IMG/VR virus record: IMGVR_UViG_3300037470_001284
Location: 1 to 39,708 of that record
Source: a virus
Lineage: Duplodnaviria > Caudoviricetes
Length of the DNA: 39,708 nt
Strand: one strand, 5' to 3'
Both the position numbers and the translations under genes were made by a program. The notes beneath the pieces were generated by a model. The model ran no database searches, was not told the origin of the DNA, and saw nothing but the letters and a program-made list of their open reading frames with translations. How positions within the stretch are numbered: position 1 is the stretch's first letter; every line of letters starts with the position of its first letter. This document shows, in pieces, positions 16,856 through 26,401 of this stretch.

Positions 16856-17839
16856 CTAGATGTAGGTATATTTATTGATCAATATCGCTTTAATGGTGTC
16901 TTCGAAGTCTGATTTATCCAGCAGCATAGAGAAGTTCAACGTCTCGGTTGAGATGTCGCTCAGGCCACGGGCCGGTTCATGCGAATCGAAGGCAACTTGT
17001 GAGAAGTCAAAGGTTAAGCTGGTTGGAGTGGGCGTAGAGCCGGCAAGATTGTTGCTGTCTATCAGAGCGAAACGCATAGCTTTGACAGTGTCGTTCAGAT
17101 CAAGCCCTCTGTAAGTGGTGTCGGAGTACAGCTTTTCAATGGTGCCAGTTACTTCAAAATCGGTGTTGTTGATTTCACCATAGGTGTCACCGCTATCCAT
17201 TGTTTGCTGAGGCGAAAGAGTTTTGGTGAACGTCAGACTAAAGCTCTTGATTGTGGTGAGAGCATCTGCGGTATCCAAATCCCCTAGAGCGTCGTCAATG
17301 TACAAGGCTGCCATCTTCGGCAGGAACTCACTGTCAACGATATAAGCAGGCGTGTTGCTACCAGACTGCGACTTAGCAGACTTGATAGCCATCTCGATCT
17401 TAGGGTAGTCATCCGGCGCCCAAGTGATGGTAAACGATTCGATCATTCCAAACGGAAAGTCGAGATCCAAGTTAGGGTCTTTGACGGCTAATGTCGCGCT
17501 TAAATGCTCGTTATCGTCCTGTAGTGCAAAGTCATACTGCCAAGCGCCATCTTCTATGTCCGTAGCGTCTGGCAACTGTCCAAAAACAAGCGCCAAAAAG
17601 TAATAGAGGCCTTTGGCATACATTTTGCCCGAAATCGAGCCATCGCCCTCGATCAAGGTGTTGATTTTTTCATTGTTTTTTACGATCGTGCCGTGGGCAG
17701 ATTCGTTGTATAGGGGGCTTGGCGTGTCCTTGAGGCTGACATCCAAATGTGGGTACCAATAATCGGGCGTCTGTGGCGTACCGGCCTCATCCTCAATGCC
17801 GATACCTACCGCAACCCTTCTTCCTGCAAAACGTGCCAT
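16856..17839 (-). CDS. Major tail tube protein
   Basis: 327 aa, GRRVAVGIGIE..GT, beta-rich; synteny. Confidence 0.8.
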   Translation of the reverse strand: MARFAGRRVAVGIGIEDEAGTPQTPDYWYPHLDVSLKDTPSPLYNESAHGTIVKNNEKINTLIEGDGSISGKMYAKGLYYFLALVFGQLPDATDIEDGAWQYDFALQDDNEHLSATLAVKDPNLDLDFPFGMIESFTITWAPDDYPKIEMAIKSAKSQSGSNTPAYIVDSEFLPKMAALYIDDALGDLDTADALTTIKSFSLTFTKTLSPQQTMDSGDTYGEINNTDFEVTGTIEKLYSDTTYRGLDLNDTVKAMRFALIDSNNLAGSTPTPTSLTFDFSQVAFDSHEPARGLSDISTETLNFSMLLDKSDFEDTIKAILINKYTYI

Positions 17840-18013
17840 CTACTTTTCCTCCTTGTCTTTATTTGCTTTTTTAGCCAGTTTGACCGCCTCGCGCGCGTTG
17901 TCGGCCTGGACAGTCTTTTTCAATGACGGTACGTAAAAAGTCGGCTTCTCTTGCTTCTGAGAAGTGGTTTTTTCTTCCTGTTTGACTGGTTCCGACTGCT
18001 TTTTTTCGCTCAT
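17840..18013 (-). CDS. Small hypothetical protein
   Basis: MSEKKQ start with GAGG RBS. Confidence 0.55.
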   Translation of the reverse strand: MSEKKQSEPVKQEEKTTSQKQEKPTFYVPSLKKTVQADNAREAVKLAKKANKDKEEK

Positions 18014-18027
18014 CTTGACCTCATTCC

Positions 18028-18119
18028 TTTGCAAATAAAAAAACGGCTCCCTGCGAGCCGTGTATTAAATAGAAAAACGCGGCTGCAAGACAACCGCGTT
18101 TATTGCCCTAATTATAGCA
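18028..18119 (-). promoter_or_regulatory. Late-type promoter plus two tandem leader hairpins (copy 4, tail operon)
   Basis: TGCTATAAT; AACGCGGTTG-TCTTG-CAGCCGCGTTTTT; ACGGCTCGCAGGGAGCCGTTTTTTT. Confidence 0.75.
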
Positions 18120-18167
18120 CAAAAGCTTCGTGATATAATCTAGAGTAATTTGAAAGGAGGCGAGAGG

Positions 18168-18623
18168 ATGAAAAACGTCCTATATGTGCTCATCGGAGTG
18201 TTGGTTTTACTGATTATCGGAGGCATTTTAGCCGCAAACAGCGATAAAAACACTAAAAAAGAGCGCCAAGCGATAACCGAGAAAGTCGCAATTACACACG
18301 AATCAATCAGATCGGACGCCGGCGCGGAGGAAATCGAGTACAAATTTATCATAAAAAATGATGGTGATCAGGCCTGGACTGGCACTGCGACCATCAAACT
18401 CTACGGTACCAGCCACAATTCAGAGATGGATGAGAGCTTTACAACCGATCAATTAACACTTGAACCCGGTCAATCAACAGAGGTAACACACAAAACAGCC
18501 CAGCTGCCGCGATCACAAGGCGGAGTATGGGAAACTTACGTATACTCGCTGTCGGTTAGCAACTACGACGGCTCAGACGAATACAAAGACCGAAAACCAC
18601 TATCAGACAAGGTAGAAGAGTAG
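18168..18623 (+). CDS. Membrane-anchored Ig-like protein (moron)
   Basis: N-terminal TM; YKFIIKNDG...LEPGQS motif; own TGATATAAT and AGGAGG; opposite strand to its neighbours. Confidence 0.75.
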   Translation: MKNVLYVLIGVLVLLIIGGILAANSDKNTKKERQAITEKVAITHESIRSDAGAEEIEYKFIIKNDGDQAWTGTATIKLYGTSHNSEMDESFTTDQLTLEPGQSTEVTHKTAQLPRSQGGVWETYVYSLSVSNYDGSDEYKDRKPLSDKVEE

Positions 18624-19127
18624 TTATAATCCCGGCCTCAGCTGCTCGTGCCTTACGTTTACTCTGATAAGCATCTCTGACGTGATTATTCCTTTGCCGC
18701 GGGGTATGGAATCGGGCTCAACTTCGGTAATACTGCCTACATCAATCCAAAGATTAGACGCCAGTTCCTGGTTTTTACGTAGTGCGCCCATGATGCTGTT
18801 GCTTAAGATGTCAAACGTCTCCGAATCACGGCCTATAGCAAGCCCTGTGGCCCGCATATGAGCAGTTGCGTTGAGTCCTTGGTAAAAATCTTTGGTCATA
18901 TCCACTACGACATTTATCATCACCCTGAGCGTAGTACCAATTTCGCCACCGGCGGTATCCATCACGCCTTGGTAGTCATACGTAACAAAGACCATCGGCT
19001 TTGCCAGCTGGGATTTGTTAACCACGCCCGGATCACTGGTATTGTAGCGGCCTTTGAGCTCGGCCGGTCCGTCAGCCTCCAAAACGTCAATAATTTTGCG
19101 TAAAATCGGGTCGTCGTAGTGTGCCAT
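18624..19127 (-). CDS. Putative tail completion/terminator protein
   Basis: Size and synteny between neck genes and tail tube. Confidence 0.5.
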   Translation of the reverse strand: MAHYDDPILRKIIDVLEADGPAELKGRYNTSDPGVVNKSQLAKPMVFVTYDYQGVMDTAGGEIGTTLRVMINVVVDMTKDFYQGLNATAHMRATGLAIGRDSETFDILSNSIMGALRKNQELASNLWIDVGSITEVEPDSIPRGKGIITSEMLIRVNVRHEQLRPGL

Positions 19128-19129
19128 GG

Positions 19130-19555
19130 CTAATTCCCCTCGATTATGTAGCGTTGAATGAATCTAACGGCCTCTCGGCGCTGTTTTTCGCCGATCGCCA
19201 TCATAATACGCCTGGGCATTGTCTGGCGCGGCGCTTTACTCTGGTGGTACTTGAAGATGTCACGCGGATCTACGTTGCCAATTTCTGTATAGTCACGGCC
19301 GACTTTTGAGCGGAAACTGCCGCGCATTACGCCAGTCTGTTCAAGTATGGGCCAGGGGTACGCTCTTTTGCGAGGCTTCCAGCGTCCCCATAGGCTGCCT
19401 CTGCCGGCAAAGTTGGTGTCTATGTCCTGTAGCATCATTCTGGCGATGTTTTGAAAGGGCGTGCTCAGATTCCGAACCTTACGCCCGGCAATTTCAAACA
19501 TACTAACGACTTCTTGATCGCCTTCTACCTCAAAAGATACCTGATACTGTGCCAT
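19130..19555 (-). CDS. Phage virion morphogenesis protein (Mu gpG-like)
   Basis: NFAGRG..WGRWKP...ILEQTGVMRGS...YHQ...MPRR. Confidence 0.8.
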   Translation of the reverse strand: MAQYQVSFEVEGDQEVVSMFEIAGRKVRNLSTPFQNIARMMLQDIDTNFAGRGSLWGRWKPRKRAYPWPILEQTGVMRGSFRSKVGRDYTEIGNVDPRDIFKYHQSKAPRQTMPRRIMMAIGEKQRREAVRFIQRYIIEGN

Positions 19556-20286
19556 CAGCAGAACTCGCAATCGCTGTTAGGTTTCTCACCCTCTTCGAAT
19601 TTACCGAAAAGCTTACCATCGCTATCTGTCTGAAAGGCGCCAAGACTGGCGCTGTCAACGTCAGCATCTTGATCTTCGCCGCAAACACCGCCTTTCTTTT
19701 TGAACATGGCCAGCATACCGGGCTTTTTCTCGCCATCGCCCATGACCAGCTTGTGTTTGACGAAGCCGTCCTTGGACGTGCCCTCGGTGTCCTGGTTAAA
19801 GCCGTAGTCACGGATCAGCAGATATGCGGCAGCCAGCAGCCGGCAAAGCTGTCGAACGGTAGGATTTGGCAATTTTTCCTCGTTCTGAACGTCGTAATCA
19901 TAAGGAGCACACGGATCTACAGCTTTCATAGCCAGATTTATTTCGTCCTGGACCTCGTCACGGAGCTGTGAAACGAAGCTCAAGGCAATGGGGCTGTACC
20001 GGTAATCAACCAGTACTTCGTCGTTTGCCTCTGGCGCGGTTTCAATCTCAATCGTGCCGTTTTGCGCGTCAACGTTCACAACTGTGGCCGGCGTGCCGTT
20101 AACCAGCACTAGAACATCGGCAATAGTTATCGAATCATCATAATTAACGTCAGTTAGGGGCTTGTTGTGGGTGGTAAAAAGCTTGTTGGAGCCGTCAATT
20201 TCGCCATACGGAGTCTCGCCAAGCACTCTGTGGCTTAGCCCTGCCTCTTCCAGAATGCCTTGCAGTGTCTCGTATGCCGCGGCCAT
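19555..20286 (-). CDS. Head-tail adaptor (Mu gp36-like) with inserted beta domain
   Basis: DEINLAM...PY...PTVRQLCRLLAAAYL; N-terminal GEIDGSNKLFT...APEANDEVLVDY domain. Confidence 0.6.
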   Translation of the reverse strand: MAAAYETLQGILEEAGLSHRVLGETPYGEIDGSNKLFTTHNKPLTDVNYDDSITIADVLVLVNGTPATVVNVDAQNGTIEIETAPEANDEVLVDYRYSPIALSFVSQLRDEVQDEINLAMKAVDPCAPYDYDVQNEEKLPNPTVRQLCRLLAAAYLLIRDYGFNQDTEGTSKDGFVKHKLVMGDGEKKPGMLAMFKKKGGVCGEDQDADVDSASLGAFQTDSDGKLFGKFEEGEKPNSDCEFC

Positions 20287-20303
20287 CGGGCGCTCCTAAC
20301 TGG

Positions 20304-20834
20304 TTATTTTTCTTCCTCATCGCCACCTTCGGAGCCGTCGCCCTCGTCAGTGGTTTGCTCTTCGTCAGAGTCTTCGTCGCTGCTATCATCGCTTGCCGGG
20401 CCGCCCTTGCTGTCAGCAGGGTCGTCGTTGCCGTCCTGATCGCCGGCCGGATCGCTATCTTCGCCCTGAGGGTTCAAAATAGCGTTAACAACGTCTTCTT
20501 TTTTGCCTAGCTCTTCGGGCTTTTCGACGCCTTCTTTTTTGGCAAGCTTGTTGAGCTTCGGGCGGGTTTTCTTCATAAGGCGGTCAAAATCGCTTTCAGG
20601 GTCTGTAGGCGCTTCATCACCGCCAGCGTTGCCGGCATCGCCACCTTCGGAGCCGTCGCCCTTATATTTTTCTACTGATAAATGTTGGTCAGCTTTTATA
20701 GCTGCCAGCTGCTCGTCGGTCAATTCACCAACGTAGCCATGAACACGATTAACAACCACACCGGCGCGAATGCGTTGATCGGCAAAAACGCCAGCCGGGA
20801 ATTGTACGGTTACTTTATATTGCTGTTTTGACAT
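20304..20834 (-). CDS. Mu-like capsid-downstream protein (HI1506-like plus helix-extended-helix), acidic tail
   Basis: RAGVV...ELTDEQLAAIKADQHLSV; LNKLAKKEGV...KKEDVVNAIL. Confidence 0.6.
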   Translation of the reverse strand: MSKQQYKVTVQFPAGVFADQRIRAGVVVNRVHGYVGELTDEQLAAIKADQHLSVEKYKGDGSEGGDAGNAGGDEAPTDPESDFDRLMKKTRPKLNKLAKKEGVEKPEELGKKEDVVNAILNPQGEDSDPAGDQDGNDDPADSKGGPASDDSSDEDSDEEQTTDEGDGSEGGDEEEK

Positions 20835-20912
20835 GATTCGATCCTTTCGCCTTGATTATTAATGATCAAGCCTAGAGGGCTTTAGCAGCACCCCTAGTGG
20901 CCTGAGCACTAA

Positions 20913-21794
20913 CTAGTTGGATACAGCACCAACAATTAGTTGGTGATTACCGAAGCCGGAGTTGTGCCGCGCGCGGGTACCCCAGGTGAAGATATCCTTG
21001 TCGAATGCACGATCGCTGGTCAGGTCGGTCTTGGCAACCAACGCGATTGGAACGCGAATCTGCATTATGAACGGCAGGATACCTTGGCTAAGGTCAGCCA
21101 ACGCCCACTGCTTATCGGTCAAGCTGAGGTAAGGCAGCTCGACAATTTCGTAAGCTTTGTAGTGAGGGTTGGAAGAACCGTCGCTCAGGTACTGGCGGTT
21201 AACCAGGTTACGAGCAGCAGCCCGGTTGTAAGGGCCAACGATCAAGTGAGTACCGCGGTAACCCAGCGGTTCGCCTTTGTCGTCCACCTGACCGGCCAAA
21301 AGCAACTCAGCGGCATCGACACCATCTCCATCCAGGTCGTCGGTACCTAGGTCGTTGTCACCAGTCGGGTGATCGTTGTCGAAGAAGTTCTCGCCGTCGA
21401 AGATTGGCGTGGTAAATCCGAGCTTAAATGTTTCGGCAATTAGCTTGGTGTAGGCCTGGGCTGCTTTGGTAGCAAGTCCAGTTACAGCCAGCATGATTTG
21501 CCCGGTCCGATCATCTTCGATATGATCGCGGTCAACATCGAGTGTCGACTCAAATTTCTTGTTGGTAATCTCGTAGCTGAAGCCAGTTAGAGAGCCAGGG
21601 CGGCGCTCGTCTTTGAACTCCCGCAAGTTTGGCACGGCGCCAAGCCATGCGTAATGCTCACTGGCGTTTTTACTGCTAACAGGCATTGCGATTTTCTTCC
21701 AAGTATCGGCGTTAACCGCACTCTTAAATCGTTTCTGCCACGTAACATTGATGTTCGTTTCTAGTCCTTGTAAGACTTCTTTTGTGACTATCAT
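20913..21794 (-). CDS. Major capsid protein (Mu gpT-like)
   Basis: YAWLGAVPNLREF, ITNKKFESTLDVDRDHIEDD, DGENFFDNDHP. Confidence 0.93.
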   Translation of the reverse strand: MIVTKEVLQGLETNINVTWQKRFKSAVNADTWKKIAMPVSSKNASEHYAWLGAVPNLREFKDERRPGSLTGFSYEITNKKFESTLDVDRDHIEDDRTGQIMLAVTGLATKAAQAYTKLIAETFKLGFTTPIFDGENFFDNDHPTGDNDLGTDDLDGDGVDAAELLLAGQVDDKGEPLGYRGTHLIVGPYNRAAARNLVNRQYLSDGSSNPHYKAYEIVELPYLSLTDKQWALADLSQGILPFIMQIRVPIALVAKTDLTSDRAFDKDIFTWGTRARHNSGFGNHQLIVGAVSN

Positions 21795-21815
21795 ATCAAT
21801 CTTTCCTTTCTACCG

Positions 21816-22244
21816 TTATGTGGTTGTATCAACTACTATTGAGCTTGCGTTACGGTTCAGGTGTACCCGAACTTGCGTGACTGAAACCAGTCCGACAATG
21901 ACTCCAATCGGCACACGATCCGCTGCCGAGGTTACGTGGACTGTTTGATCGTCCGTGACAAATGCGTTCTTGCCGACATCACCCTGCACGGCAGAGCCTT
22001 TGTCCAGGGTGACAATACCCTCACGCCAAACGCGCACCTCTTTGTCGCCGGCAGAACCGCCAGAGTTGTCGACCGTTTCTGCTGCGATACCGGCAAATGC
22101 TTCGTCAGCGTCGCCAACATCGGCATAGCCAGAACTGTTGAACGTTAAAATTGCACCCTTGAAAACTTTTACTGCTGCAAGAGAAACAGCGACGAGCTCA
22201 CCATTTTGGCGTTCATCGTCTTTTACGGCTGTTAAATCTGCCAT
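21816..22244 (-). CDS. Head decoration/capsid cement protein
   Basis: GIAAETVDNSGGSAGD...DVGKNAFVTDDQTV; lies between protease and capsid. Confidence 0.7.
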   Translation of the reverse strand: MADLTAVKDDERQNGELVAVSLAAVKVFKGAILTFNSSGYADVGDADEAFAGIAAETVDNSGGSAGDKEVRVWREGIVTLDKGSAVQGDVGKNAFVTDDQTVHVTSAADRVPIGVIVGLVSVTQVRVHLNRNASSIVVDTTT

Positions 22245-22259
22245 ATTTCAATCCTCCTG

Positions 22260-23447
22260 TTATTTACTTTCCTTTTGCGATTTTTTGTACTCGGCGACTT
22301 CCTCAGGGGTATTGCCAAAGTCTTCACCGATCGACTTTTCCTCGTCGGTTAGATTGACATCGTCGTCATCTTCCTCATCATCGTTGTCCGCACCTTCCTC
22401 GCTGAGATACTTGCCCTTAGGCACTTTCTCAAAGAGTTCCGATAGGAGAACGCTAACAGGTTTCTCTTTACCATCCGAAAGCTCAATTGTGGCTGAGCCA
22501 TTGGACTTGAGGGCAATAAATGCGTCTTTCTGGGCTGGAACGATCTTGCCCTCGCTAAGCAATCGTTCGTATTCGGCATTGGCTTCATTTTCGGCTAGTT
22601 TTTGCTCACGCTCAGCCAGTTTCGCTTCCTTGTCCGCGAGCTCTTTAGCTTTGGCTTCTTTTTCTTCGTCTGACAGATCTTCGTCGTCTTCGGATGCAGG
22701 CGGCGTAGCGTCAGCAATTTGCTTGGTAACGGCTTCTACCTGGTCCTCAGGCACTTCAACCTCAGCACCGACAGCTACTTTGACTTCTTTTTCCTCGCCA
22801 TTTTCGGTGTACTTTACAGCAACCTCAAAATCACGATCACTTTTAACTTTAGTCATAACGGATTCCTCCTCTTCGTTATTGTTATCTTCTTTGGCTTCCG
22901 TACTATCAGCGAACAGTACTGCCGCGCTTGAACTGTCGGATAAGGCGGCCTCAAACTGTTTCATGCCTTTGATATATGGATCCGTTAACAAACCAATGTG
23001 CTTAAGCACCGGACCGACCCATTTACCGGTCTTTTTATCCTGATAATCGTCGTCGTAAGCCATGCTCACATCCGGTAAAAGCTTGTTCTCGATTTTCTCG
23101 GCTGTTTCGGTTTCGCGGATTTCAATAAGTCCATAAAGTCCGTCATCACGCGCTTCAAGCTCTACCAGCTCGCCTTTGTTATGCTCAGCAAGCTCGGCAG
23201 GCGTTTTCGGATGGCCAAGCGGCACAGGTACATACCCTTTAACGCCGGACTTAAAGTTTTTAACAACCCTTTCAGCCCAAGACTTGTCGTGCTTCATCGG
23301 ATCACTGTGGCCGCGCGGGTCTTCCCAATCGCCATAAGGAGTTAGCATTTTCCAGAAACGCTTAAACTTGCCGTCATGTTCGGCAAGCTCGACATAGTCG
23401 TCTTTAACGACTAGCAGGTAACTGGCAGTTTTATGTTTTTTAGACAT
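22260..23447 (-). CDS. Prohead protease/scaffold (Mu gpI-like)
   Basis: PLGH, LEARDDGLYG, DVSM, VLKHIGLLTDPYIKGM; acidic scaffold C-terminus; start re-called at MSKKHK. Confidence 0.85.
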   Translation of the reverse strand: MSKKHKTASYLLVVKDDYVELAEHDGKFKRFWKMLTPYGDWEDPRGHSDPMKHDKSWAERVVKNFKSGVKGYVPVPLGHPKTPAELAEHNKGELVELEARDDGLYGLIEIRETETAEKIENKLLPDVSMAYDDDYQDKKTGKWVGPVLKHIGLLTDPYIKGMKQFEAALSDSSSAAVLFADSTEAKEDNNNEEEESVMTKVKSDRDFEVAVKYTENGEEKEVKVAVGAEVEVPEDQVEAVTKQIADATPPASEDDEDLSDEEKEAKAKELADKEAKLAEREQKLAENEANAEYERLLSEGKIVPAQKDAFIALKSNGSATIELSDGKEKPVSVLLSELFEKVPKGKYLSEEGADNDDEEDDDDVNLTDEEKSIGEDFGNTPEEVAEYKKSQKESK

Positions 23448-23461
23448 GTTTTCCTCATGAC

Positions 23462-23545
23462 AAAAACGGCTACGTCCAGCAGCCGTTTTTACCAATAAAA
23501 ATAACGCGGCTGCATGTAACCGCGTTTGTTAAGGGTATTATAGCA
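23462..23545 (-). promoter_or_regulatory. Late-type promoter plus two tandem leader hairpins (copy 5, head operon)
   Basis: TGCTATAAT; AACGCGGTTAC-AT-GCAGCCGCGTTATTTTT; AAAAACGGCTG...TAGCCGTTTTT. Confidence 0.75.
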
Positions 23546-23570
23546 CAAGCATTGGAAAACTTGTAAAGCG

Positions 23571-26318
23571 CTATATCAAAGGGCCATCAACGCCGCCGGC
23601 AACATCGGGCAAGCCGGTAACGTCCGGCAGAGCGGTATCAATAGCGCCGCTGACGATTCTGCGAATCAATACCCATATACAACGGCAGCGGAAGTGTATA
23701 GGCGTCTTCCACTTGGTGCGTTCCCACTCTTCGCGGGTAACAACCTTGCCGTCCAGGTCCCGGCAGATCGGGCAGATGCGATCGTCCAAGAGTCCCGAGT
23801 ACTGGAACAGGTCGTCATCCTTAGCTTCGCGCTCAAACACGTCGTTGCGGCCGTTATTAACGCCTTGAGAGATGATAGAACTGGCAGTTAAGCCAAGTTT
23901 ATCTGCAATCCAAGTCCCGAGCAGGGCGGCAAGCAGCTGCCTAAACCGCTGTTCCGGCGTCAGTTCTTCTTCGTCATCCTCTTCTGCCAACTGCCGGGTG
24001 CGTTTCGCCTTCAGAATCTCAGCCCGGATCAGATTTTTCAGGTCGTCTTGCTGCTTATTGACGATAAAGTTTGTTAATTCCTGCATACCGGCCAGTTCTT
24101 TCTTGCCGGTCGCCGGCGCCTTGACCTTCAACTCGTCAGCTGCGCCGGTTTTAGCGTAGTTATAGGCGTTTTTGATGGCGTTTATCAGTGTCTGTTCGTA
24201 TTTTTTAGGTAATTCATAGGTGAAGGAGTCCGCGTCGCTTTTGGCGGCTCTATCAACTATGGCCGTTATGTCTTTTTCTATAATTGGCTGCGCGGTATCA
24301 ATGAAATCCTGCTCCATTTTGTTCATGCGCTTTTCGATATCGGCCAGCCTGACAATCTTTTCCGCCTCGGTAAGCGGCCGCCACCATTGCTGGTCGTTCA
24401 ACTCTTTACCGTCGCCATCTTTTGGCTTGTCGCCGTAATTTACGCCAGTTACCTTAACAGTCTTGCCGTTATAGTGCTCAGACAGTGCCTTAACCCATTT
24501 ATCAATGACGGCTTGGTCGTTTTTGACATAGGCGAGAGTAATGTGTGGCTGGTAATCAGTATAGGTATTGACATGCGGTAGTTTGGTAAGCTCATCGTGT
24601 GCCTTCAAAAGCTCTGGTGTTGGCTTGACGTGGGCCACAATCGGCACCGCGTCGTCACCACTGTCAAACGAACCGACGCGCTCAGTGGTAACTTCTGATA
24701 TATCAATGTCTTCAAGCAGCTGGTCCACCTGGTCTTTGAACTCATGTGCGCTCTTCATAAGGCCAAACAGCAGCGTTACATGGGGTACTTCTTCGGCGGG
24801 AACATTGCTATAATCCATTTCGGTGTCGCTCAGATCGGCCTTAGCATTATCAACGTACTTCAGAACATCAAGCCGCTCGACGTCGAGCATGACGCAGCCA
24901 AGTTGTGACGTATCGATGCCCAGCGATTCAAGCACAGCGTTGTCGCTCAGAAATTTATCGCCGTTTCCGGCACGACCTCCGTTTTTCTTATCATTGGCCC
25001 TTCTAAACTCTTTATTTTTATCTTCGGCTTCCTTTTTCAAACGTTTTTCGCGTTCTTTTTTGAGCTTAGCGAGGTCGATTTCCAAGCGTCCGGCCATGGA
25101 CTTTTCAATGCCTTCGGCCATTTCGTTGCTGACGCGGTCTTTCTTCACTAGCTGCATAAATGCTTCTTTGATAGCTTTAACTGCATCACTGGTCAGATCG
25201 TCAAAGTGGAACTCAGGGTAATGCTGGTCCGGGAAGTTCAAATCAATTAGGTCGGCGATAAGGTACTGGTTGATATGTTCCTCGATTTTAGTCATAAGGC
25301 CTTTTAAGGCGATCATAAACATGTCTGACTGGTCAGCGCTCAGCGCGTAGGACCCGACATTACTGCTCTTGCCCTGTGAGCCAAGCAGCAGGAATGGTGC
25401 CAAGAACACCCGGGCCATTTCCGAGTTCTGTCGCTCAATCGAAGCGCCCATATCCATACGCCCATCAGACGTAAGCGGTTCGACATCCCAGCCATAGGGG
25501 ATGGAAGCCACTGGCCGGACTTCTCCCAGCTTAGCGAGTGCGACCAACGCCTTATTGCGAGCAGATTTACCTTCTTTGCCAAGAGCCCCGCTCTCAGTGC
25601 GTTTCAGAAGTTTTGGAGTGATTGCGTAAGCCTGTGCGGCGATGCTATCTAGGTACTCCAGCCGCCGTTTTTTGTCGTATTTCACATAAGCCGATCGGAA
25701 CGCACTGCGGCCATAAAGGAAACTGCGGGATTTGCCATAGGTGAATAAGAATGTCTTGTAGGCGGCAATCGTTACGTCTTTGTATTCGCCACCATAATTG
25801 ACACGCTGCACGGCGCCGCCATAACCGCCATCCTTGCTGCGCTTCAGCGTGATACCTACGCTGTCGCGGTTAGCGAGCTTTTTATAAACATATTTGCCGT
25901 CCTCGATCTTATAGACCTTTTCAAAAAGCTGGAATCCATCCACCGTAGAAAGCAGCAATTGGTCCAGAAACAGACTAAACGGAGTGTCCATACCGCCTTT
26001 GTGCGGCGGTTCCAGCAAGTTCTTGCGCGTAAAGTTAGCTTGGGTTTCGTCGGTATCGTCTTTGTCAGCGTTAATGTGGTGGGTGGTGGCCAGAATAGGC
26101 AGTGTAACGATATTAAACAGCGCCTCAGCCGTGGTATCGGTATCAATCATCTTGCGATAGTTTTCGATTGAGACCTTGTCAGCGCGAGCCTCTTCGTCTT
26201 TGAAGCCGGTAAACACTACATCGCCGGCAACACCAATCTCACTGGTCAACCCAGCTTTTGAGCTTTGTTTGTCTGCCGGTTCTTTGCTGCGTCGTTTGAA
26301 GATATCTAGTATTGCCAT
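23571..26318 (-). CDS. Portal (Mu gp29/DUF935-like) fused to a 2H phosphoesterase (Acb1-like) and a MuF head-morphogenesis domain
   Basis: GFQLFEKVY, GSYALS..QSDMF, INQYLI..LIDLNF; PHVTL and PHITL; DDRICPIC..LDG, PIHFRCRC. Confidence 0.88.
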   Translation of the reverse strand: MAILDIFKRRSKEPADKQSSKAGLTSEIGVAGDVVFTGFKDEEARADKVSIENYRKMIDTDTTAEALFNIVTLPILATTHHINADKDDTDETQANFTRKNLLEPPHKGGMDTPFSLFLDQLLLSTVDGFQLFEKVYKIEDGKYVYKKLANRDSVGITLKRSKDGGYGGAVQRVNYGGEYKDVTIAAYKTFLFTYGKSRSFLYGRSAFRSAYVKYDKKRRLEYLDSIAAQAYAITPKLLKRTESGALGKEGKSARNKALVALAKLGEVRPVASIPYGWDVEPLTSDGRMDMGASIERQNSEMARVFLAPFLLLGSQGKSSNVGSYALSADQSDMFMIALKGLMTKIEEHINQYLIADLIDLNFPDQHYPEFHFDDLTSDAVKAIKEAFMQLVKKDRVSNEMAEGIEKSMAGRLEIDLAKLKKEREKRLKKEAEDKNKEFRRANDKKNGGRAGNGDKFLSDNAVLESLGIDTSQLGCVMLDVERLDVLKYVDNAKADLSDTEMDYSNVPAEEVPHVTLLFGLMKSAHEFKDQVDQLLEDIDISEVTTERVGSFDSGDDAVPIVAHVKPTPELLKAHDELTKLPHVNTYTDYQPHITLAYVKNDQAVIDKWVKALSEHYNGKTVKVTGVNYGDKPKDGDGKELNDQQWWRPLTEAEKIVRLADIEKRMNKMEQDFIDTAQPIIEKDITAIVDRAAKSDADSFTYELPKKYEQTLINAIKNAYNYAKTGAADELKVKAPATGKKELAGMQELTNFIVNKQQDDLKNLIRAEILKAKRTRQLAEEDDEEELTPEQRFRQLLAALLGTWIADKLGLTASSIISQGVNNGRNDVFEREAKDDDLFQYSGLLDDRICPICRDLDGKVVTREEWERTKWKTPIHFRCRCIWVLIRRIVSGAIDTALPDVTGLPDVAGGVDGPLI

Positions 26319-26334
26319 GGTTTCCGATCCAATT

Positions 26335-26383
26335 AAAAAACGGCTACGAGAAACGTAACCGCGTTAATACTGCCATTATAACG
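26335..26383 (-). promoter_or_regulatory. Late-type promoter plus leader hairpin (copy 6, portal)
   Basis: GTTATAAT; ACGCGGTTACG-TTTCT-CGTAGCCGTTTTTT. Confidence 0.7.
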
Positions 26384-26401
26384 CAAAAGGGCCCTAAACT
26401 G

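Noticed and set aside
20318-20662. 27-bp direct repeat (20318-20344 and 20636-20662)
   Set aside because: In-frame duplication of GDGSEGGD in a low-complexity linker; no sign of a recombination role
20913-26318. Transposable Mu-like phage
   Set aside because: Only the head genes are Mu-like; no transposase is seen and the element has tyrosine recombinases at a tRNA att site
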